A stretch of 59,127 nucleotides of DNA, from positions 1 through 59,127 of the forward strand of contig JAZRHF010000147.1 of NCBI GenBank assembly GCA_045644565.1. Reading direction: 5' to 3'. A model generated the notes under the pieces. That model saw nothing but the letters and a program-made list of their open reading frames with translations, was not told the DNA's origin and searched no databases. This DNA is from Clostridia bacterium. Lineage in GTDB: Bacteria > Bacillota > Clostridia > CAKSNL01 > HGM11501. A program made the position numbers and the translations under genes. Positions within the stretch are counted from its first letter, which is position 1. Each line of letters opens with the position of its first letter. This document shows, in pieces, positions 52,174 through 59,127 of the stretch.

Positions 52174-53364
52174 CTATTCACAAAGCTTTTTTATATATTT
52201 TATAAGCTCCATCTTATTATTTTCGCATCTTTTATCAACAACCGCATCAAGCAACTTATCAAGCATATCTCCTATTTCGCTTCCGGAAAATCCAAGTTCA
52301 ATAAGGTCAGAGCCTTTTATATCAAGGTCTTTTATTTTGTTGCATCCGTTTTTCACACTGCTTAGCAAATCAAAAAGCTTTTCCTTGTCGGTTTTTTCAA
52401 TTTTATTAAGTTCAAACAGGTACACAATAAGCCTTTCGGCATCCTCTGTTTCTCTTTTTCTTAAATATCGCGAAAGTTTCACCTCGTCCGAAATATCGGT
52501 ATTTTTATCTTCTGCGAGCTTAACAACCGTACTTTTAAGCGCTCCGTCGCTTTTGAGTGCTGAAAGTTCCGCACCCGCATCTTCTGCGGTAAGACCGTCA
52601 AGCAAAATGGCAAAGGAAAGGGCTAAATCATCCCCCGCGATTTTTTTTGCATTTTCATAATATTTTTCTTCAGGGAATTTTGAAAGAAGGGGCATTATAT
52701 AAAGGAATACTTCTCTGTATTCAGCAAGAATTTTTCCTGCATCCTGACCAACTATAAGCTTTTTAAGCTCCGTAAAAATTCTTTCTTTCGCAATATTTGA
52801 CAAAAGCGGATAAAGCTTTAATATCCCTTCTTTTGTTTTTTCTTCTATATCAAAGGAAAGCGTTGACGAAAACCGAAGTGCTCGCATTATGCGAAGGGCA
52901 TCCTCCGAAAAGCGTTTTTCTGGGCAGCCCACACAGCGGATAATTTTCTTTTCTATATCGCATCGTCCCGAAAACGGGTCAATTATGTTAAAGTTTTTAT
53001 CCATCGCCATGGCGTTTACGGTAAAGTCCCGCCTTGACAAATCTTCTTCTATTTTCTTTGTGAAATAAACCTCTTCCGGATGACGGGAATCCTTATATTC
53101 CCCGTCGATGCGGTAGGTGGTAATTTCAATGGCTTCGCTATTTATTATGGGCGCAACCGTTCCGTGCTTCATACCCGAAAGTACGCATTTTTTATCCTTA
53201 AAACAATTTATTATCTCTTCCGGAAGTGCATTTGTGGTAATATCAAAATCGGAAGGTGTCTTCCCCATTATCATATCACGGACACATCCGCCAACAAGAT
53301 ACGCTTCAAACCCGTTTTTTTCAAGGGCATCCAAAGCATATAATATATTTTCAGGTATTACCAT
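52174..53364 (-). CDS. cca: CCA-adding tRNA nucleotidyltransferase / poly(A) polymerase family protein
   Basis: GGCVRDMIMGKTPSDFDITT and RDFTVNAMA motifs. Start is MVIPEN at 53364 with AAAGGAGGTGG upstream. Confidence 0.8.
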   Translation of the reverse strand: MVIPENILYALDALEKNGFEAYLVGGCVRDMIMGKTPSDFDITTNALPEEIINCFKDKKCVLSGMKHGTVAPIINSEAIEITTYRIDGEYKDSRHPEEVYFTKKIEEDLSRRDFTVNAMAMDKNFNIIDPFSGRCDIEKKIIRCVGCPEKRFSEDALRIMRALRFSSTLSFDIEEKTKEGILKLYPLLSNIAKERIFTELKKLIVGQDAGKILAEYREVFLYIMPLLSKFPEEKYYENAKKIAGDDLALSFAILLDGLTAEDAGAELSALKSDGALKSTVVKLAEDKNTDISDEVKLSRYLRKRETEDAERLIVYLFELNKIEKTDKEKLFDLLSSVKNGCNKIKDLDIKGSDLIELGFSGSEIGDMLDKLLDAVVDKRCENNKMELIKYIKKLCE

Positions 53365-53409
53365 AAATCCACCTCCTTTGGTTATATACATTTTACCACA
53401 CATCTTAAA

Positions 53410-54216
53410 TTAATTAAAGCTTTTTCTGTAATTAAGCGGAGATGTGCCGTTATATTTTTTGAAAACTCTTGAAAAATAGTTCTGGTCCGAAAAGCCCACG
53501 TTTTCTCCTACCTTTTGTGCCGGAAGGTCTGTATTTTCCAGAAGCTGTGCCGCACGCTTTACTCTCATTTCCATTATATAATTTTTAGGGCTTTTGCCTG
53601 TGCATTTTTTAAAAAGATGGGTGAAACGGCTGATGCTTAAATTACACATAGCGGCATACACCGAAATATTTATTTCCTCGCCGAAATCCTCCGCCATACT
53701 ACGCAGCACCTTTTCTATTCTTTCATCTGCAATATAATGCGCTTCTTTTACGGCTCTTCTTGCGAAAAGCGCAAGTATATTGTAAAGATAGCCTGCAGAA
53801 AGCTCGTCGGAAAAGGGCTTTTTAAGATAGTATTCCTCTATCATTTTCTTAAAAAGGGATTCTGCATGAGGCATTTCTCCCACATTAATAACTCTTTCCG
53901 ACAGGCAAAACTCTGAAAGAATCCTTTCGCACTCCGTACCTGAAAAATGCACGTAATATGATGTTGTCTTTATGTGGCTCTTAACGTAATAGTTTTGAAC
54001 CTCAAAGGGACGGTATATAACAATATTTCCTTCGGAAACTTCTTCTTCGATGCCATTTTCCTTTATAAAGAGAGCGCCTTCGGTAATAAAAAGTATGTGA
54101 TAATCAATTCTTCCCTTTTCCCTGAAGGACCCTACATTCCTTCCGAAAAGGTGCTGACAGTCACAGCTGTTTACGCGTAAAGGTTCTGCCGATTTATATT
54201 CGCTTGAACGTGTCAT
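53410..54216 (-). CDS. AraC-family transcriptional regulator
   Basis: Cupin-like N-terminus plus AraC HTH (AAMCNLSISRFTHLFKKCTGKSP...VGFSDQNYFSRVFKK). It is divergent from the amino-sugar genes. Confidence 0.8.
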   Translation of the reverse strand: MTRSSEYKSAEPLRVNSCDCQHLFGRNVGSFREKGRIDYHILFITEGALFIKENGIEEEVSEGNIVIYRPFEVQNYYVKSHIKTTSYYVHFSGTECERILSEFCLSERVINVGEMPHAESLFKKMIEEYYLKKPFSDELSAGYLYNILALFARRAVKEAHYIADERIEKVLRSMAEDFGEEINISVYAAMCNLSISRFTHLFKKCTGKSPKNYIMEMRVKRAAQLLENTDLPAQKVGENVGFSDQNYFSRVFKKYNGTSPLNYRKSFN

Positions 54217-54350
54217 AAAACCGCCTCCCTGTTGAAATTATAGCAATCATCTTACCTTATGTCAATAGCAGTTTTGTGCTAATTTTGAGCAAGGTTGTGC
54301 ATATACATATTTTTTACTTTCTGTTAAAATAAAGAAAGGAGGTGTCAGAT

Positions 54351-55202
54351 ATGACAGATTTTAATAAAATACCCCAGGAAATGCTTGGCGAAGGAAGCAC
54401 AATTAAACTTGAGCGTTGCGACACGGAGGTTGACCTTTACTGGCGTGTTGCCATGGACGTACTTTCCGTTATAGAGGAGAATAACAAAAAAGGTGAACCC
54501 ACGATAATGGTTGTTCCCTACGGCCCCTTAGGCCCCTATGCAAGAATAGTTTACCTTGTGAACAAATACCGCATAAGCCTTAAAAACTGTACATTCATAA
54601 ATATGGACGAATATCTTGACGACAACGATGAATATTTAGATAAGTCCGATCCCTTATCCTTCAGAGGCGGAATGGACAGAATTTTCTATTCACAGATCGA
54701 CGAAGAGCTTAACGTTCTTCCCGAAAACAGATATTTCCCCGACCCCAAAAATCCCGGAAAGGTTATGGAATTAATTGAAAAAGCAGGAAAGCTTGACCTT
54801 GTTTTCGGCGGTGTGGGTATAAACGGACACTATGCTTTCAACGAGCCCCCCGAGGCCGATGAAAACGTAACGGCAGAGGAATTTTTAAGCCGTCCCACAA
54901 GAATCCTCAATGTTTCAAGAGAAACAAGAACAATAAATGCATATATGAATGCAGGCGGAAACTTTGATGCTATTCCCAAAAAGTGCATAACCGTAGGCAT
55001 GAAGGAAATGTTTATGGCGAAAAAGATAATTATGTGTATGCCCCGTGACTGGCTGGCAGGTGCACTCCGTAAGATTATCCACGGTGAGGTTACTCCCCGT
55101 GTGCCCTGTTCACTTTTCCGTCTTCATTCCGATGCCACAGTTTACGCTTGTCCCGATGCATTAAAAACTCCCCTTCCCGAAATAAGAATTTACAACAAGT
55201 GA
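54351..55202 (+). CDS. Glucosamine-6-phosphate deaminase/isomerase family protein (NagB-like, long form)
   Basis: GVGINGHYAFNEPPE corresponds to the NagB GiGxdGHiaFNEP motif. ATG 54351 has AAAGGAGG 8 nt upstream. Confidence 0.7.
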   Translation: MTDFNKIPQEMLGEGSTIKLERCDTEVDLYWRVAMDVLSVIEENNKKGEPTIMVVPYGPLGPYARIVYLVNKYRISLKNCTFINMDEYLDDNDEYLDKSDPLSFRGGMDRIFYSQIDEELNVLPENRYFPDPKNPGKVMELIEKAGKLDLVFGGVGINGHYAFNEPPEADENVTAEEFLSRPTRILNVSRETRTINAYMNAGGNFDAIPKKCITVGMKEMFMAKKIIMCMPRDWLAGALRKIIHGEVTPRVPCSLFRLHSDATVYACPDALKTPLPEIRIYNK

Positions 55203-55203
55203 T

Positions 55204-56373
55204 ATGAGAACATTTATTAAAAACGGAAGCGTATTTACGGATGACGGTGTAAAAGACGGCATACTCGTCATCGAAGACGGGAAAATTCTTGATATCGGAT
55301 ACTTGGGCGAAATCCCGCCTGATACTAAAGTAATTGATGCAAAGGGCAATTACATAATGCCCGGCTTTGTTGAAATTCACGCTCACGGCGGTGGCGGTGC
55401 CGACTTTATGGACGGCAGTGCCGACGCCTTTGAAACCGTGGCAAAAACTCACAGAAAAAGCGGTACCACCACGATTTTACCCACAACGGTTGCCGCAAGC
55501 TATGAGTCACTTCTTAAGGTTTTTGAAACCTACCGAAAAGTTTCCGATTCCAAAACCATAAACTACGGCGGACTTCATTTAGAGGGTCCCTTCATCTCCA
55601 TGGAAATGAAAGGGGCGCAAAATCCTGCCTTTATAAGAAATCCTGAAAAGGCAGAGGTTGATGCTTTAATTGAAACGGGCGGTGACGTTATCAAAAAATG
55701 CACCGTTGCTCCCGAAATTCCCGGAATCGAATACCTTGCAAAGCGGTTTACGGAAAATGGTATTTATCTTTCATCGGGCCATTCCAACGGCACATTTACC
55801 GACATTGAAAAAGGCTTTTCAATGGGTATACGCCACATCACCCATATGTATTCCAACACTCCGTCTGTCAGAAAGATAAATCAGACGGTTTATGCAGGGA
55901 TAGTTGAGGCGGCGTATTACCTTGATGATATGCGTATCGAATTTATCGGCGACGGCTGTCATTTCCCGAAAGAAGCACTAAAAATGGCAGTAAAGATAAA
56001 AGGCGTTGATAAAATTAACCTTACTTCGGATGCAATGAGGGCGGCAGGAACCAACGTTACCGAAAGCTATCTCGGCGAATGTCTTCCCGAAAACCGTGTC
56101 ATCATTGAAGACGGTGTTGCAAAGCTTCCCGACAGAAGCTTTTTTGCAGGAAGCATCGCAACCGGTGACAGAATGCTCCGCTTCGCGCACTTTGATGCAG
56201 GACTTCCCCTTTCCGACGCACTCCGCCTTTTAACTTTATCCCCAGCGAAGGCTGTTGGAATTGACAAAGAAAAGGGCAGCATTAAAAAGGGCAAGGATGC
56301 GGACATAATTTTCTTAAACAAAGACCTTTTTGTTGAAGAAACCTATCTGTCCCGTGATTTTATGGAGGTATAA
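55204..56373 (+). CDS. nagA: N-acetylglucosamine-6-phosphate deacetylase
   Basis: GFVEIHAHGGGGADFMD and the wider amidohydrolase pattern. It starts 1 nt after the nagB-like stop. Confidence 0.85.
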   Translation: MRTFIKNGSVFTDDGVKDGILVIEDGKILDIGYLGEIPPDTKVIDAKGNYIMPGFVEIHAHGGGGADFMDGSADAFETVAKTHRKSGTTTILPTTVAASYESLLKVFETYRKVSDSKTINYGGLHLEGPFISMEMKGAQNPAFIRNPEKAEVDALIETGGDVIKKCTVAPEIPGIEYLAKRFTENGIYLSSGHSNGTFTDIEKGFSMGIRHITHMYSNTPSVRKINQTVYAGIVEAAYYLDDMRIEFIGDGCHFPKEALKMAVKIKGVDKINLTSDAMRAAGTNVTESYLGECLPENRVIIEDGVAKLPDRSFFAGSIATGDRMLRFAHFDAGLPLSDALRLLTLSPAKAVGIDKEKGSIKKGKDADIIFLNKDLFVEETYLSRDFMEV

Positions 56374-56374
56374 A

Positions 56375-58228
56375 ATGATCACTTTCAAAAATTTGTTTCC
56401 CGAATTAAAAAAAGGAACGGAGGAATACATAAAATTCCACGGCATAGAAAACCTTTCTCTCACCGTGGAAATTGAGGAAAGCGGCGACGATACGCTTAAA
56501 ATAGAAAAAAGTGGCGAAACCGTAAAACTCACTCTTCCCCGTCATTTCACCCTTTTCCGTGCCCTTACCATAGTAAGATGCCATCTGGAAGAAGAAAACT
56601 TTTTACATTTGGAAAAGCTTATGTTTGACCTTGGCTGTCCCATGTTTGACGGCTCCCAGGCAAGCTCAATTATGAACCTTGAAACCCTTAAAAAAATGAC
56701 GGTTATTTTAGCCTCAATGGGATTCAATTCCATGATGCTTTATATGGAGGACTGCTATGAAATTGAGGGCGAGCCTTATTTTGGCAATATGCGTCCCCGT
56801 TATTCAAAAGATGAACTTAAGGAAATCGACAGCTTCGCCGAATCCTTCGGAATTGAGATTATCCCCTGCATACAGACTCTCGCCCATATGACAGAAGCTC
56901 TCAAACGAAAGCCTTATAAGGTGATTGCAGACAGAGAAAACATTATGTCTCCTGCAGAAGAAGGCACTTATGCTTTAATTGAGAAAATGCTTCAAACCAC
57001 CAAGGAATGTTTCAAGAGCAATCGCATCCACATCGGAATGGATGAGGCGTGGGGGCTCGGCACAGGGGGCTACTTAAAGAAAATGGGCTATCACCATCCC
57101 ACTGAAATTATGGCAGAGCATTTAAAAAAGGTTTCCGAAATGTGCAAAAAGTATTCATACAAGCCAATGATGTGGTGTGATATGTTTTTCCGTGCAAAGT
57201 CGAAAACCGACGACTATTTTGACGAAGCGGTAACTTTTACGGCGGAAGACAAAGCCTCCGTTCCCGAAGGTATGGCTCTTGTTTACTGGGATTATTACAA
57301 GACCGATTCCGCCCACTATGAACGCTACATAGATAAAATTTCCGTAATTTCCGACGATATAATTTTCGCAGGCTGTGCAAGAAACGTAAGAAGCTTCGGA
57401 AACCACTTCGACCTCGGAAAATCAACCACCGATGCCGCAATGGAAGCCTTAAAGAAAAAAGGAATAAGAGAATTTTTAGCAACGGTCTGGGGCGATGACC
57501 ACAGAGAAAGCACAACCTTTGCAGTTTTAACCCAGCTGCAGCTTTTTGCCGAGCATATGTATTCGGAAAATGAACCTGATTTTAACAGGGCAAAGCTTCA
57601 CTTCGGTAAATCAGTAAATGTACCCTGGGATGCTTTTTCCGACATTGATGCCATAGATTCCGTCCCCGGCTATACAGAAGGCAAAAACTCACCTATGCCC
57701 ATATCCAAAATGATTATGTGGCAAAATGTTTTAATGGGACTTTTCGACTTCGACCTTCGGGGAAAGGATTTTTACAATCACTACAATGCCCTTTCCCATA
57801 AGTTTTTGGTATCGGCCGAAAAATATCCTGAATATGCCCACATTTTCAAGTTTTATTACAATGTTGCAAACGTGCTTAAAAATAAGGCTGAAATAGGTCT
57901 TAAGCTTAAAGATGCTTACGATGCAAAAGATAAGGAAAAGTTTTCGGAATTACTCGGCACACTTAAAGAGCTTTACGATGATATGACCTCTCTCCGCCTT
58001 TCCCACAGGGACTATTTCTATACAGAATACAAGCCCATCGGCTGGGAAGTTCTTGACATTCGCTACGGTGGTGCTATAATGGGAATTGACACGGCAATAA
58101 AGAGAGTTTATGATTACCTTAACGGCGAAATTGACCAAATTGATGAGCTTATGGAAGAAAGACTTGTCGACTGGTTTATAAACTATAAAAATATTGCAAC
58201 GGCAAGCGGTATATCAACCGGTGTATAA
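56375..58228 (+). CDS. GH20-like beta-N-acetylhexosaminidase (cytoplasmic)
   Basis: GFNSMMLYMED..., IEIIPCIQTLAHM and RIHIGMDEAWGLG (H-x-G-x-D-E catalytic pair pattern). Start is MITFKN at 56375, 1 nt after the nagA stop. Confidence 0.55.
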   Translation: MITFKNLFPELKKGTEEYIKFHGIENLSLTVEIEESGDDTLKIEKSGETVKLTLPRHFTLFRALTIVRCHLEEENFLHLEKLMFDLGCPMFDGSQASSIMNLETLKKMTVILASMGFNSMMLYMEDCYEIEGEPYFGNMRPRYSKDELKEIDSFAESFGIEIIPCIQTLAHMTEALKRKPYKVIADRENIMSPAEEGTYALIEKMLQTTKECFKSNRIHIGMDEAWGLGTGGYLKKMGYHHPTEIMAEHLKKVSEMCKKYSYKPMMWCDMFFRAKSKTDDYFDEAVTFTAEDKASVPEGMALVYWDYYKTDSAHYERYIDKISVISDDIIFAGCARNVRSFGNHFDLGKSTTDAAMEALKKKGIREFLATVWGDDHRESTTFAVLTQLQLFAEHMYSENEPDFNRAKLHFGKSVNVPWDAFSDIDAIDSVPGYTEGKNSPMPISKMIMWQNVLMGLFDFDLRGKDFYNHYNALSHKFLVSAEKYPEYAHIFKFYYNVANVLKNKAEIGLKLKDAYDAKDKEKFSELLGTLKELYDDMTSLRLSHRDYFYTEYKPIGWEVLDIRYGGAIMGIDTAIKRVYDYLNGEIDQIDELMEERLVDWFINYKNIATASGISTGV

Positions 58229-58258
58229 TAACACCTTTAAGCCGAGGGGAGGATAAGT

Positions 58259-59127
58259 ATGATTCAGAAGGGAATATTAGACGAAATCGGCTTTACAGCA
58301 GACTTAAACAGGCAATACGAAAAATATAAAGTGTTGGCAGGCGATTCCCCCGATATTCTTGCAGACAGCTTTATGAAGGGCGAAAAGAACATAAAGACCG
58401 TAATAGAGGAAATGGACGCGTCTGTTATGGGTGACGTTCCCAAATATGCAAAGTATTTGCTTTTCTTTTTATCCTGCACAGGCCCTTTGTATGAAAAGTA
58501 TAAGGATAACGGATATTCCGATGAGCTTTATATTGATACAATGAAGGATATTGTTTGCAAGGTAAACGAAAATCTGGATTTGTATGACGATATAGGAATC
58601 TCTTGTCCCAACTGGTTCAGCGATTACTTTAAGTTAACAAGGTTTGGCTTTGGCAGAATGCAGTTTGACATAACTTATCATCCCTGCGAAGCTGTAGAGA
58701 TAGCAGGGCATGTTGTAAATGAGGGCGACTTTATTATAAAGGGACACGTTCCCTCCACCGGCCCCCTTATTTACGAGGAGTGTATGAAATCCTATAAAAG
58801 AGCCTACGAGTTTTCTAAAGACAAATTTGACGGTGACCTTTTGCCTGTGGAATACTGGTCGTGGATGCTTTTCCCTCACTATAAAGGCTTTTTCGGCGAA
58901 GGCTCAAATTCAAAAAGATTCATTTCCGACTACAAGGTTTTCGGGCACTTTGAAACAGATGTATTTCATGATGCATGGAGAATATTCAAAAAAGATGCAG
59001 GAAAAGAAAAAGAAAATTTGCCTTCCCAAACGAGCCTGCAAAGGAAATTCATTGAATATATCGGTCCCGGAAAGACTTACGGCTACGGTAAAGGAATATT
59101 TTTGTTTGACGGCGAAAATATAATTAA
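58259..59127 (+). CDS. Hypothetical protein, 3' end beyond the window (possibly an acyltransferase-like protein associated with amino-sugar loci)
   Basis: Own translation from ATG 58259 (GAGGGGAGGA upstream): MIQKGILDEIGFTADLNRQYEKYKVLAGDSPDIL...LTRFGFGRMQFDITYHPCE... The frame is open to the last base. It is absent from the ORF track because it has no stop. Confidence 0.5.
   Translation, partial: MIQKGILDEIGFTADLNRQYEKYKVLAGDSPDILADSFMKGEKNIKTVIEEMDASVMGDVPKYAKYLLFFLSCTGPLYEKYKDNGYSDELYIDTMKDIVCKVNENLDLYDDIGISCPNWFSDYFKLTRFGFGRMQFDITYHPCEAVEIAGHVVNEGDFIIKGHVPSTGPLIYEECMKSYKRAYEFSKDKFDGDLLPVEYWSWMLFPHYKGFFGEGSNSKRFISDYKVFGHFETDVFHDAWRIFKKDAGKEKENLPSQTSLQRKFIEYIGPGKTYGYGKGIFLFDGENII

Noticed and set aside
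1-59127. A search for tRNA, rRNA, tmRNA, RNase P, riboswitch or T-box elements in the intergenic regions.
   Set aside because: No GTTCGAATC-type T-loops, conserved riboswitch cores or long GC-rich structured segments were seen. The structured elements found are terminators and the pyr leader. A covariance-model scan would be needed to be certain.

Overview
This window looks like a chromosomal segment of a moderately AT-rich, endospore-forming Firmicute of the Clostridia type. Taxonomy is inferred only from gene content: sigK, gerM, spoIIP, spoIIAA-spoIIAB-sigF, type III glutamine synthetase and SLH-domain wall proteins. About 65 protein genes are supportable and most are housekeeping: rnc, acpP, rpsI/rplM, argF, mtaB, nrdR, rpiB, tsaEB, pyrR/pyrP, a CCA-adding enzyme and nagA. 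Genes are tightly packed. Convergent gene pairs are usually separated by long, perfectly palindromic bidirectional terminators, and several intergenic regions carry near-consensus sigma-A promoters (TTGACA-17-TATAAT). I found no rRNA, tRNA, CRISPR array, intact mobile element, integrase, reverse transcriptase or recognisable defence system. The less ordinary parts are: (1) an AraC-linked cassette encoding a metal-ligand-degenerate M24 (creatinase-like) protein, a sensory-rhodopsin-transducer (ASRT) family protein and a creatininase-family hydrolase; (2) a translationally coupled pair of an E2/CAT-like acyltransferase, whose catalytic His appears replaced (DERIADG), and an acyl-AMP ligase; (3) a decayed cI/Cro-like switch with a 54-nt ghost copy of the repressor 5' end and an internally deleted Y1 (RayT-like) transposase remnant; (4) a 1053-aa hyper-acidic SLH protein built from nested repeats (15-bp/75-bp minisatellite, 2 x 384 bp near-identical units, six ~125-aa domains), sitting 7 nt downstream of an orphan VTC-domain gene; (5) an orphan Wzz/BY-kinase pair; (6) a pyrP-pyrR unit with an attenuator leader. 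None of these can be proven novel from sequence inspection alone, and all family assignments are by-eye motif recognition, not database searches.
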